From assembly GCA_013265495.1 (NCBI GenBank), contig MU058065.1:9403720-9467719 (forward strand): DNA of 64,000 bases, given 5' to 3'. The position numbers and the translations under genes were made by a program. The notes beneath the pieces were generated by a model that searched no databases, was not told where the DNA came from, and saw nothing but the letters and a program-made list of their open reading frames with translations. The DNA comes from Vicugna vicugna. Taxonomy: Eukaryota. Positions 48,123-61,018 of the stretch are shown here, one piece after another. How positions within the stretch are numbered: position 1 is the first letter of the stretch; every line of letters starts with the position of its first letter.

Positions 48123-51100
48123 AGAAAGCAACGTTTCAGTGTATCTTTTTTTCTTTCTTTCTTTTTTCTTTCTTTTAATTTATTGAAAAAAAATTTTTTT
48201 TTACCCCCTACCCTCAGTTCCTCGTTTCAGGCTTGTTTAGTGGAAGCGGATTTCCCCATCCTACAGACTCCTCTTCTACACACTCCGCCACATCGCAGTA
48301 ACCCTGGAGCATTTTTATTACAGCATAATTTTAAATTTTGGTTTCTGCTCTGTTAGATTCCTTTCATTCACAGAAGAAGCAAAATCTTGGCCTGAGCTGC
48401 ATCCCGGGAAGGTTTTGAGCGCAACCTCCTGACCTGGTTTAAGGGTTGCTGGGCTGCCTACCACCCTGCGCCGCCTACCACCCTGAGCCTTGCTCGGTGC
48501 TGGAGAGAACTGCAGAGGGGAGGAGAGGGTGTGCACACGTACTTGCAAATGTGGTATCTATCAAGTCAAGAGCATAATTGAGAAATGAGCTTTTCACTAG
48601 CAAATGCTAATTATAACGCAAAACTCCCAACAGTATACACAGGAGAAAAACAGATATGTAAGTACTGCACTGTAATTTCCTGCAGATCACAGTTGGCAGC
48701 ATTCGACTGCACAAGTCAAGGACCTCATAGGCAAGATTATCTAGAAAATCCCTTGCTTCAGAAGCCAAAATCCTTTAAGTCTTCAGTATTTAAATGGAGC
48801 TGTACCACTGATTAGATGTCAGAACTAGAGCACACTGAAGTGCCCTGTTTGGTGATTAACTCAATGGACCAATTTTGCTTTCAGATACTTCTACCAGAGG
48901 AAAAATTTGCATACAAATTTGGAAACGACTATCATCTTTCTGGGTTATGCAGGGACTGGGAGGTGCAAAATTTGTGAATGCCACCATAATCCCGTTCCAC
49001 AATTATCTTCTCTCTAATTTAATCTCTTAGTGAATTATCTTTATCACCAAGAGTACGACAGAGCCATGAGGGTGTTGCTAGAATCAAATCTTTTCTTGCT
49101 TTTTTTCTCAGTGCTTTATCGATTAGTATCCCCACTCTGTCTGCTGTGTAGGAATCAGCACTCGGAGAGGACTTTCAACATTGCACCATGGATTAAAGTC
49201 TTTGGCTATATGTGAGGGTTCCCCGGTACAGGTATGTACGTGACTTTTCTGCTTTTGTGCTTATAATTAATCCACCTAATGCACCATAAATTTGAGATAT
49301 AATAATAGCATTTCGCACCATAGAAAGAAATTCCTGTGAGTCTCAGCTTAAATTCTCCCTTCTTTCTGGATCCTCAGGCACAGGCAGACAGGGCTTCCTC
49401 TGCCATCCCACAGCACGTGGGCAGCTGAAGGCCGGAGTAGGTCATGAAGCGGTTTCACTGTGAAGCCAACGTGGGAATTCAATAGCAACACTGGAATACG
49501 CTCCCATGACTTTGGAGGCTCAGACTCAATTTGGAAACTGCATTTCCCACTAAAAAGACTCAGTAGAAAATAGAAGGGACCAAGAAAGAGACTAAACTCT
49601 AAGCTCTAAGCCCCTGAACATATAAAAAGCCACAATCATTGATAAGTAGCAGACGTTTATTAGGGGTATTAGAGGAAGCAAATGCAGTTGATAAAGACTA
49701 TACATAAAATCCGAACTGTGAGCAGTGCAGACACAGAGCATATTCTGCAGTTAGTAACAAGGGATCTGATAGAAGGAAATACCCATTTCCTTCACAGAGC
49801 AGCAGGCTCCCTGCTAACATTTGTAGAGTCGGGGACAAGAGTACAACGGGAAGCTCACATACCGTATGTCTAAATATTTTTAAACTGTTAAGCAGGTTTA
49901 CAAGTTGATAAATAAAATGCTTTAGCTTCTTACTTCAGTTAAACATAATTTCATAAAGACCTGGAAGGTCAGGTTCAAGTCGAGACTCCTCGTTGTCCTC
50001 AGACCTATGACCTACCTCCTTTTCTGATCACCCAGACTCCGTCTCACGTAGCAAGAGCCTGCTGTACACACGTGGCCAGCTTGAGTGTCCAAGTTCCAGG
50101 CACATCCCCTGCCAACAGGCACCTCTTGAGCACCCCACTGGCTCTGGGGTTGTACACACCATTAACAACGTCCCACCCTGGAGAGGGCAACCCAGGAAAG
50201 AAATATACACAGTTTGAAGTCAGCTCGGGGCTATTTGAGCAGGGAATTCCAGGGGCCTGGATACTGACAGGGGAACCACCTGTGCCCCGTGGGGAGGGAA
50301 GGATGGGCTTTTGTAAAGTGCGGAGTCCACGGCAGGACCCTCGTGCCTGGGTCTAAAGCAGCACGCAGAAGACGATCTGTGGATTCTGGTGGTGAAAGAA
50401 CAAAAAAGAATGTCTAGGCCATTCAGAGTAGGGACAGTTTCCTCAGTCACACCTGGTAAGGGTCCAGGGATTCCTGGTGAAAGGAAAATGGAATTCCATG
50501 CAGTGATAGTTCTCTAAGCTATGCTATTTATAAATTGCTGTAGGTGGTTGCACATTAGTTACCTGTATATGGTTCTTACCCATAGTGTGGGTTCAATAAT
50601 TGACACTTAATCTTACCTCCTTGAATCAAAGTCTTGGGCAGATAGACTCCAGTTGATAATGGCTGTACACATTCTGGTACCCAGAGTGGCAAGACCAAGT
50701 AATCAGTCTTCTCTTGGGGATTTTAAATGTTTAATCCCATCTGGGTGTACTACAATCACCACGGTTCTATCACAGTTATGGGGTGGGAGAGGTGGTGGGA
50801 AAAATGGGACCAAAACAATTCTATTAAATACAAACTAGGTTCTTCTTTTATCTCTTCAGTATATCTAAGAGATGAGGTGTCATTATATCTGCCTGCCTCA
50901 GAGAGCTGGGACAATGCCACACAGCTCATGTCTCCTGGGCTCTCTTATGACACTTAAACATTACTGTGTGTTTTTGTTTATTATTTTTTCCCTATGGAGT
51001 CCTTGTATGTAGGGTCCATGCTTCTACCTGGTGCATTATAGCTACTCCACAAACATTATTAAATACACATTAATTTCTCAGGGATTTAATTTTGTCAGTC

Positions 51101-53656
51101 TTTGAAAGCCCAGAAGGTAATGTGGTACAAAGACCAAAGGTTGAACTATTAGAGACTGAGGTGTCCAAGAAGTAGACATGCACGGGACTTGAGCCTGTTA
51201 ACAATGTCGTTTCTAATCTCTTGAGTAATTTTGCAAGTTAGGCTTGCAAAGGGATTCACCCATGCTGTGTTCCTGAAATGCAACTGAACTTTCAGATGGG
51301 AAGGGCTGCTTGGCACTGATCTGCATGGGACCACACAACCGAGAAGCACATGTTATCCAACTTTGTGCTGCATGGCAAACAAAAGTGAGCAGCAGCAAGG
51401 AGCCTGGGCAGAGGCGATGTTTTAAGTTGACCCAGGAAGGCACAGGCATGGATACGTGGTGTGAACAACGTGTGGCCCTCAGCGAGGGGGATGTCCTTTC
51501 TCAGCAAAGGACAAGATGCAAAGGGCCACATCCTGGCTCATCTGTAGGGAGAGCAGTGACATCCAATTGCACCATTTTGCCTCGGGAAAGACTGATGAAA
51601 ACTATCTGCCTTTTCACAGGTAATGCTGAGCAGTAAACAAATGTAGATCTGTTGCCCAATGGGCTTCTTATTTCCTCATTTGAATTATAAAGCTGGAGGC
51701 CCACAGAATGGCCAAGTAGGAGACAGCAGAGAACAGAGCTGCTCCCAAAAGGCTAAGCACAGTTGGGGCACGAGGTCCTCCCAAGCTCTCACAGCAGATT
51801 TGTCACTTCTTGGGAGCAATAAGTGAAGGGCACCAAGGTGTGGCATTGCTGGGGAAGGGAAGGTCCCCCCTCCACTCCCAATGGAAATGCCAGCAGTGAT
51901 CTCTAAGCTCTATCTTAACTGAGCGACTGAAGATTTGAAAGCAGTGAGTTAACCAATGGCTTTAAGAACCGTGTGTAGCTCAGCCTACCTATTTTTGCCC
52001 TGCAACTGCAAACAAAATATTTAAGAAGCAACAATCTCTTTCTAATGGGTGGTGCTCCTTAGTAAGATGATTTTAGGTCTTCTTTTTCATGACACTCTCC
52101 TTCTGCCACTTCCCTCATAGGTTTGATGCCATTTTTGCAGCAGTTTGGGGCCCACCACCTGCTTCCAGTTCTCACAGTGTGTGATCAACTGATTGATAGA
52201 CTAAATAGAAACCTGCAAGAATAAAACTATAGACTCATCACATAGGTCTTAACCATGAAACTAAATACAGCAGAGGGTGCTGAAGTAGAGCATAAAATAT
52301 CAAACTTGCTTTACATTTTGAGCTTATTACCTGTTGCTTTTCACTGAATGTTAAGTGGCCAGCAGTTTCTTCCTAGTTCTCTTGAGATGGCTTGTTACCC
52401 CTGAAACTCGGCGTAACAGGTGAAACACCCTCTCATGACATTTGCTTTTTGAGAAGGTCTGGGAAGAGCCAAAGGGTCCCATTGGTGGGTAAGCACCCCA
52501 ATGCCTTGTTAGAAAAATTGATATTAACCCTTTACAGTTATTCAGTATTTTCCCATTATTTCCCCAGGAACAATGGTGACCAGAGAAGAAACCAGTAATT
52601 TAGAAGGTAAGAATTTAAGATGAGATATCATTGACTTGTAAAAAGCTGGCATGCATTCCTGCTTGATTTTCTATCAAAAACAGCATAAAAGATGTAAATT
52701 TTCCTTTCAGATTTGATGTATAAATATGTCTCTCCTTTTGCTTATAGTGACCTAGGGTCTAGGGAGGACAAGCTCTCACTGTGGCAATACTTGGGGTAGC
52801 GGCAGAGGCTGAAGATATTATTCCAGTTTTACACTTGGCTTAGGGCATTAGTGTGAGTCGCAGTTAAGTCATAAGATTCCCAGCTTTTATCTCTTTCAGA
52901 TGTTTAGCAATGTTACACTTCATGCAAATGTGTCCCCGGGAGGGAAGCTGCTCTCTAGCAAACGCTCCCTTACAGTATCGGATTTGGCTTTGGCTCCTGT
53001 GGAGCCGGTTTTTCACCAGCTTTACAAACAGATCAAAGCTCTTTAAGCCCAGGCTGCAGGCTTTTCTTCCTGTTTGTGATGCCTGCCCACCTCTCCCAAC
53101 CAAAACACACCCTCAGCCCCTCGGTTAAGATCCACGAGTGATGCTCCGGCGTCCTTCCCTTCGCAGGGTCCCCAGCCGGCGCTGTGCTTGGGGTCCAGCG
53201 ATGGGCATTGTGTGCTGCAAACAGGCTTGGACTGAAAACCCAGTCTTGTTGGTTAGGCAGCGGGTCTTAAGGGGAATGTGACAGTCAGGCATTCTTTATC
53301 TGCTTTACATTGTGAGGGATTCCTAACTTCGAAGCACAGGACGCAGTTAGGTCAGTTCCTGGGTGTGCAACCTTCTCACAGGGAGGTGTCAGAAGGAGCA
53401 GCCAGGTTTGCAGGAGCGCTAAAGCTTCCGTTTTGCAAAGGCAGATGTTTGTTCTCCCTCCTGCCTGTCATTCCTCCCTACCCCAACACCGTACGTCCAG
53501 TACAGGTTCCTAGATGGAACTTCTTCTCCAGAAGGAAAAGTGGGGAAGCACCAGTTATCTAAGTTCATACTTGCTGTGTGATCTCGGGCAAGATTCTCAC
53601 CCTATCCCAGTGTCCAATTGCTTATCTGTTAATTCCAGTGTCAGAGTGCAATTCAT

Positions 53657-53773
53657 GGGGGTGGGTGTAGCTCGGTGGTAGAGTATGTGTGTAGCAAGAT
53701 GAGGTCCTGGATTCAATCCCCAGTACCTCCATTAAAAAAAATAAACCTAATCACCTCCCTGTAAAACTTTTTA
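53657..53773 (+). mobile_element. Vic-1 SINE
   Basis: GTAGCTCGGTGGTAGAG..GGATTCAATCCCCAGTACCTCC..AAACCTAATCACCTCCC; TSD AGAGTGCAATTCAT (53643-53656) / AAAATGCAGTTCAT (53774-53787). Confidence 0.93.
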
Positions 53774-54368
53774 AAAATGCAGTTCATGGAATGATGATGC
53801 GGGTCCCATTAAATTAAGCATTGAATAAACGGTAGCTCTTGTTTTAATGCAAATAGTGAGCTCAGCCAGTAAGGTCTTAGTTTACCGGTCCGCTGTTCAG
53901 CTGGTGTTTACCTGGTACAGGGATCAGGAAAGGCCTTAGGAAGCGGGCCGTGGGGCTTCAGGGGATCGGCCTCCTTGGCCAAGGGAGGTGGGCATACTCA
54001 GGCCTAGGAATCCGCCTCCTTTTCCACTGGTGTCTGGAGGAGGCTTCCTGTCAGCAGGTTCCTGAACCGGAGCCCAGGCCTCCAGGGCCCTTGGGCCCCC
54101 AGCGGACTGCTCCTCCCCAGGCCGTCTCCCTCCACTTTTCAATCCCACCCCTCCAGCAATGTTTCTGTCTCTTTCTGCAGCAAGGGAACACCCGCCATTT
54201 GGCGCCACTGCCCTCCTACAACATTTAAAAAAATTCAGCTGAGGTTTTAACATTTGACCTGTTCTTTAGCTGCTTGGGAAGACGGTCCCTTTTCCTTCCT
54301 CCGCTGTGCACAGGGCTTGTGCCCTGGCTGCTGGGATGCTCCCTCATCTCCTCTGCTCTGCGTTGTGT

Positions 54369-54557
54369 CAGGAGTTCTCAAAATGCTGTCCCGGGACCGG
54401 CTGTATCAGCAACACATGGGAATGTGTTAAGTATGCAGATCCTTGGGCCCCACCCCTCACCTAGGGAATCGGAAGCTCCTGGGTGGGGCCCACCAATCTG
54501 GGCTAGAACAAGCCCTCCAGGTGATCCCAGTGCTCATTTAAAGTGAGAGAACCACTG
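54369..54557. mobile_element. MER5A hAT-Charlie MITE
   Basis: TIRs CAGGAGTTCTCAAA / GAGAACCACTG; ATGCAGAT..GGGCCCCACCCC; AACAAGCCCTCCAGGTGAT; about 189 bp. Confidence 0.9.
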
Positions 54558-54939
54558 CTGTAGGTCTTTAGAGTCAGACTGTCTCCAAGGCACTTCTCAG
54601 GGAGGCCCCCGAGCGACAGATAAAGGCGAGGACTGTTGTGTCTGCCCAAAGCGTCTGCTGTTTCACTCGCCAGGCTGAGGTGGAGACTCCCGCGTGGCAG
54701 GGCTCCCACGGGGCCACCATCCAAGCAGGCCTGGACTCTACTTATTTCTGTCTTAACAGGCTGCTTGTCTGCCTAACCAGCTACCCCCCAAGTCCCCTCT
54801 CTCAGTAACCCCATCACCTCAGAATCAACCCAGGGGTGCTTTAAATGTGCTACAATGACTTTCTGGACTTTCCTGGTCAAACTTGTCCAGATTTTCTCTG
54901 CATACTTGGAACAATACCCTAATCCTTTTTTTTTTCCCT

Positions 54940-55222
54940 CTTCAGTTTTTTGAGCTATAACTGACATACAGCACTGTGTAAGTTTAAGGTATATGGCGTA
55001 ATGACTTGATATACGTGTACTGTGAAATGGTGACCACAGTAAGTTTAGTTAACATCCATCACCTCATGTAGTTACAAAATATTTTTCCCTTGTGGTGGGA
55101 ACTTTTAGAATCTACCCTCTTAGCAACTTTCAAATACACCCTACCACAGTGCTAACTGTAGTCACGAAGTTGTACATTCTATCCCTAGGACCCATGCATC
55201 TCGTAACAGGAGGCTTGTACCA
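54940..55222 (-). mobile_element. L1MA9-like 3' end
   Basis: ATAACTGACATACAGCACTGTGTAAGTTTAAGGT..AAGTTTAGTTAACATCCATCACCTCA. Confidence 0.85.
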
Positions 55223-55647
55223 CAGCTTCCCATCTCTTTAAGGTGATACCCCAATTGCTCCAAGTATGACACCGCCGGTAGCTTTAAGAAGTTCTTATTG
55301 GTATTTTCCAGAGCGCTGAGTCCTTTGCTCTGTGGGGGATACTCTGGAAGCCCTGGAAATGTGGCTGTCTTTCTCTGTTAGGTATCCTCAGGTCCCAGGG
55401 AGCCCTCTTCCCTAGTCCCATTGCCACGAAGAGTGGGACTTGGGAGCATCTTTCTCTGGCCTTCTTATCTGTCTAGCCTGGCCTCCCTCCAAGATCTCGT
55501 TCTCCGTGTAGGTGCCCAAGACGTCCACCTCCCTCAAAGGAAGCAGTGCTTTCCTCCCTCCCACCTCCCCGGACCCTGGCTTGCCTGTCTTCCCTCAGTT
55601 TCTTCCCGTCTACCATGACACTGGCCCTGGTAGGAAGTGTGATACGT

Positions 55648-56340
55648 GTTTTTTAATCCCCCAACTTTTAACTTTGGAAAATTTCAGACCCACAGAAAAT
55701 CAATAGAATAGTATAAAAAAAGCTTTTATACCCTCCTCTAAGGCTCACCAGCTGCTGACATTTTGCCACGTTTGTTTTATTCTCTCTATAAATACACACA
55801 CACAGACACACACTTTTCTCCCCTAAACCATTTGAAAGTAAGTTACAGACACCATGACACTTTACCCCTAAATAGTTCAGCTTGTATTTTCTAAGAACAA
55901 AGACACTCTCTTACATAACCACAATAACACTATCATATACAATAATGTAATTATTATATTATATATTGCATGTATTTTATAATTGTATTACATATTGCAT
56001 ACATTTTAACTAATATATAATTATATATTACGCATATTTTTAACAAATATATATAGAGTCCCTAGTCAAATTAACCCAAGTATCCTAATAGTTGTATGTT
56101 ATCATGTCTCTTTAGTCTCTTTTGGTCTGAATCAGTCCCTGTGACTTATTTTTAAATTTGTGAACTTTCTTCTTCTGCATGGTGGCATTTTTGGAGAGTG
56201 CAGGCCCGTTGTTTTGTAGACTATCTCACAATTGGAATTTATCTGATTATTTCCTCATGATTAGTTCTCGGTTAAGGGTTTGGGGCCAGAATACCACCTA
56301 AGTCATACCGTGTTCATTTCATACCCCAGCATTGGTGAGA
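55648..56340 (-). mobile_element. L1MC4/5-like 3' end with an AT-rich insert
   Basis: TTGGAAAATTTCAGACCCACAGAAAA; AACCATTTGAAAGTAAGTTACAGAC; CTCTTACATAACCACAATA. Confidence 0.8.
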
Positions 56341-57389
56341 TCTGGTGAAATTCAGGTTACACACATATGGGAATATATATATTATGATCCCAGAATCACA
56401 GAGCAGAAAAGAACCTCACGGTCTCAGGCAACCACTTTCCATTACAAATGAATACACTGAGGCACAGGGAAGTCAAAAGCCGGTCCCACCACTCAGCTGG
56501 TGGCAGCTCGCTGTGGCTGGTACACCATGTGCTAAACGCTCCTAAAATGTTAGTGTTCACTGTCTTCAACTTTTCAGGACCCTAGTGAGTGTGAGATGAC
56601 TCCCGGAGACACGGGGCAGCTGGCATATTTATACACACGCCAGAGTGCGTTATCGCCAAGTGTTTTTCTTTCCCCTGCTTTGAAGTCAGGCAAATCCCCC
56701 GAGTGCCCTCTCTGAGAGATACTCAAGGAGTAACAAATACCTGTCTTCAACAGAAAAGACAAGTTTTCTGTAGAGAGTGGCCTTCTACCGAGCTTCAGAC
56801 CTGCTTCTAGGTTAAGAGCGGCAGCAGCCCAGCACTTCTGAGCTATTTGTGTCGATTTAAAAGGCAGGTGTCTTTCCATTGACCTGTTTTCAGTGCTGTA
56901 ATCCCATTACCCGGCACTATCCTCTGGAGTTTTGCTTTGTTTGGGAATTTAAAATTCCTTTATTTGTAACAGATCAAAAGCTATCTGGCACACATGCTGC
57001 ATTCGGATGGGTGCTCTTTGATGGGTCTTACTGCCTTCCTGAACGCACACGTCTGCATATTTTGCAGATAACCGCTCACGGTCTGTCCATCCCTCCCAAT
57101 TTTAAGTAGCAACCCTATTCTCAAACCTTTCAACTCCTCTCCCTGAGAGACTCACTAATAACTTTGTTGATGAATAAAACACCAGGACTTTGCGTGAGAC
57201 TTAGGCTGCTTTATGCCATTGAGTGGGGTGTCTCTGAAAGACCCTTATGTTTGGGTTTCAGCAGAGATGTCTTGGTGCACTGGTATGGCAAATATCCTGT
57301 AACCTCACCTCACCCCTGGCCTTCCAGGCGGGCCAGTGGGGACAGCATCCAGGCTGAGAACGGTGGTGGGTAATTTGAAGGGTTCAGAA

Positions 57390-57680
57390 CAGGTGCTGGC
57401 AAACCATGGCCTGTGGACCAAACTCGGCTGCTTCTTTTTTTTGCCCAATCTGCTCTAACAATGGCTTTTAAATGGTTGTGGGGAGAAAAGTCAAAGGAAG
57501 AATAATATCTCTTGACATGGAAAATTAGGTGAAATTCAAATTTTATTGTCCACAAATAAAGTGTCATTAGAACACACCCATGATTACTCAGTTATGTATT
57601 GTTTATGACTGCTTTTGTATTACAAAGGCAGGGTTGAGCAGTTGTGAGAGACAGCATAGGCCCACAGAGCCTAGAATAGA
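57390..57680. mobile_element. MER58B-like hAT-Charlie MITE
   Basis: CAGGTGCTGGCAAACCATGGCCTGTGGACCAAA; AAGAATAATAT..GACATGGAAAATTA.GTGAAATTCAAATTT; GCAGGGTTGAGCAGTTG. Confidence 0.85.
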
Positions 57681-58109
57681 CACCATTCATTCATTCATCA
57701 AATAACCACTAGGCACTTTTCACGTGCTAGGTTCTCTGCTCAGCACTGATGGTTGAAAGATGTGAAAAAAAATCTCTTCTTTTGGGGAGCTCAACCTCTC
57801 AGGCAAAACAAAGTGAAGAGAAAAATCACATAATGAGATAGCTGTTATAGCAGAGATGTGTGGAAAGTGTTACAGGAACACAGAGTTGGCCACCTTTCTT
57901 GGAGGTGAGGGAAGGGAGCAGCCTTGACAGGCAAGCAGCTGCATTTTCAGCTGCTGGGGCAGAGGTGAGGTGCTCAATGTTCCCACGGCCCCATGCAACC
58001 ACTATGCAGTATATCTTACCAGTCTCTCTCCTGCATGTTTTATGTGTTTGCATTCACAGCACAGACTTTTGCATTCAGCTTACTTGTCACCTGCTATGAG
58101 TGGGAGGCA

Positions 58110-58295
58110 GTCCAGGGTTGGCATTAAGTGCCAGTGTTGGGATTAAACTGTGTGAAAAACCACTCAGCCTCTCAGCCTCAATTTCCTAATTTGTAAAATG
58201 AGAATACAGTGAAAATCTGAGGGTTGATGGGAGGGTGCAGTGAGACAAAGCCTTGAGTACACCCAACACAGGACCTGATGGGTGACACATGCTCA
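58110..58295 (+). mobile_element. MIR SINE
   Basis: CCACTCAGCCTCTCAGCCTCAATTTCCTAATTTGTAAAATGAGAATA. Confidence 0.75.
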
Positions 58296-59149
58296 GTGAC
58301 GTTGGCTAGTACAGCCCTTCTTCTCAGCTGCTATCCATGGCCTGACTCTGGTCCTCCACGTAGGAATCTGCCAGGTGGATGGGAAGTGAGTGGAGGTGAA
58401 AGGCCAGGAATGGAGGTTAGCTCTGGGTAAAGGGTACTTTGGGAAATGAGAGCAGCATGTGTAAGGGCACTGAGGCATTGGACCACAGGGTGTCCAACGA
58501 ATTCAACAGATTTTACAGATTTAGTTATTTTATTCACATTTCACTTTATTATCAAAAGAGTTGAGTCTGATTATATAGATAGATAAAAAAACCACACGAT
58601 GGGACCAGGATTAAGGGAAGTTGACAAAGATGTTGTATACCTGGCAACAGCTTGGAGCCTGTGACATAGCTGATGCTTTGTAAATGTTTTTTAATGAAAA
58701 CATGGAATGCTGTTTCGGGTAATGGAAAGTTTAACACAAAAAGAGCATGAGCAAATGATGTGAAAATACTGGGTTTAAACTGTATTGTTGGTAAATCTGT
58801 GCCTTACTGAAGGGTCTCCAATGCCTATTCTGTCAGCAGTGATAAGTCAAAGGAATTGGACATGTTTTATTTTAGGAAGAGATTTAAAAAGCATTCTGGA
58901 AAACAGAAGGGGAAAAATCCTGGAATGAAGAACCAGGTAGAACGTTACAGGAAACGCCCAAGTGAGGAACAATAAAGCATAGGGCTAGAAGGTAGAAGCA
59001 GAGATAGAGAAGACGGATCTGGAAGCAGTTCCTGTGGCGGCAGGGATGGTATGACGAGCCAGGGAGAAGTTTCCTGATGCAGAAGCTGATGGCACAAGAA
59101 GGAACTGGGTAGATGGACAAAGTGGTGCAATCAATTCAGTCGCGTTTGC

Positions 59150-59630
59150 AGTTCTGTGGGATGTGGACCCAGCTGGACTCGTGGTCCTGGGACATGGGAA
59201 AGGTTGGAGCTGGGGATGCTGAAGTCATGGACACGTGGGCAGGAGCAGAAACAACAGGAGGGGAGGTGACCTGGGAGAGGATGGAGTGAGAACAGAAGAG
59301 GCACAGGACAGAACCTGTGGACGTCCACATTTACAGGGAGGCAGGGGATGGGAACTGGTGAAGAGAGAGTAAAGGAAGGAGAGAGTATGGCTTAGAGAAG
59401 GGAAGGGAACCAGCATGGGGGAGTTCGAAAAGCCACAGGAGGAAGATTTCCAGAGGGAAGAGGGCCACCAGGACCCAGAGCAGGCGGGGAGTTAAGCAGG
59501 GTAAGATTGGAGAAGAAAACTGAGTTTCCAATTCATCGGGAACTGTTACAGGGAGTTGTTTCACCAGCCTGTTGAGGGCAGGGTTCAGTGTATGGTGCTG
59601 CAGTGACAGAATGGGTAAGAAGGAGGCGGG
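59150..59630 (-). mobile_element. L2 LINE fragment
   Basis: GA-rich antisense L2 (GTGAGAACAGAAGAGGCACAGGACAGAACC; AAGCCACAGGAGGAAGATTTCCAG). Confidence 0.65.
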
Positions 59631-59669
59631 CCTGTTACCCACCTTCCTGGATTGTGGTGCTGACCCAGA

Positions 59670-61018
59670 CAATAGTCCCCCCTTAAACCCGGGAGGTGAA
59701 TTCCAAGGCCCCCAGTGGATGCCTGAATCTGGTTAGTACCGAACCCTGCATATACTGCAGGGGGGCGGCATGTCTCTTTGGCATGTGAATTATTTCAAGC
59801 CGAAAATAATCAAGGCACAAAGACTCAGGAAGAAACTTTGACCTTCCCCCCTAACTGCCTGAAGCATGTAGATAGAGGACCCATTGCAGGAATAGAGCTA
59901 CCAGCAGAGGTAACGATAGTACGAACCAGGCTGGGTAGACAAGGAGGCTCCCAGCAACCTCGATTTGTGAAAATTCCTCTGTGTCCCACTGTCTCCGCAT
60001 GGACCAGCGAACGTTGCCAGTTGCCTTCCTTACCTTTCAGGTCCCAAACCCGTACCCCCAACTTCCTCTTTCGTCTTTAGCTGAAGATGATATTTAAGGT
60101 GAAGTTTTCCGACGTTTTGGCGACTTACTCAGTTCTTCTGGGTCTCTTCCATGTATACATGTTACTACATTTTGTTGGATTTTTCTCCTGTAAATCTGTC
60201 TCACATCAATTTAATTCTTAGACCAGACAGAAGAACCTAGAAGGGTAAAGGGAACCCTCTTCCTCCTGACAGTACTGTTATAGACATGATAAAGACCTAT
60301 GATAAAGTTTAATTTGTAAGCTAGGGACAGTAAGATATTAACAAGAACTGATAATAAAATAGAACGATTATAACAATATATTGTAATAAAAATTATATGA
60401 ACGCAGTCTCTTTTAAAATGCCTCGTACAAATTTAATTCCTTTTCCATCTTAACTAAGCACTTATCACTCACTGTGGCAGTAACTCTTGCAGATTGAGGT
60501 GCGACAGCAAAACTAGCATGAATTTTTCTCTTCTTCACAATTTCACAGATAGAAGATTCATTCTTACTGTAGATCTTAGCACCCTCAGCATACGATTTTT
60601 TTAAAATTTTATTTTTAAGTCCAGAATGCTCACTTTTTCACTTAAGGGAAGCACTTTACGACTTCTCTTTGGCATATCCGAATTGCGAGCATCCCTACTC
60701 TTGTGCTTTGGGGACATAATTAAATAAAATAAGGGCGACATGAACACTAGCACTGTGGTGCTGTGACAGTCGATCTGACAGCCGAGATGGCTACTAAGCG
60801 ACTAATGGGATACGCTGGACAAAGGGACGATTCACAACCCCGGGCAGGATGGAGCTGGACGGCATGAGATTTCATCACGTTTCTCACTACAGCGTGCAAT
60901 TTAAAACTTACTGTTTATCTCTGGAAGTGTCTATTTAATATTTTCAGACTGAGGTTGATGTTGGGTAACTGAAAACCATGGGAGGTGAAACCTCGGATGG
61001 TGGGGGGGGGAGCTATTG
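59670..61018. mobile_element. Tigger2-family (TcMar-Tigger) non-autonomous DNA transposon
   Basis: TIRs CAATAGTCCCCCC / GGGGGGAGCTATTG followed by TA; TTCCAAGGCCCCCAGTGGATGCCTGAA..AGTACCGAACCCT; GCGTGCAATTTAAAACTTA. Confidence 0.88.
59756..60271 (+). mobile_element. ERV1 solo LTR (MER34/MER39-like) nested in Tigger2
   Basis: TG...CA termini, 4-bp TSD ATAC/GTAC, ATGTCTCTTTGGCATGTGAATTATTT near the 5' end, AGAAGAACCTAGAAGGGTA near the 3' end. Confidence 0.85.

Noticed and set aside
53120..54330. Possible CpG island or promoter
   Set aside because: GC-richer patches, but CpGs are sparse and discontinuous, with no clear promoter architecture.
55940..56056. Degenerate AT-rich tandem repeat of about 30 bp
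   Set aside because: Low-complexity expansion within an old L1 3' UTR; commonplace.
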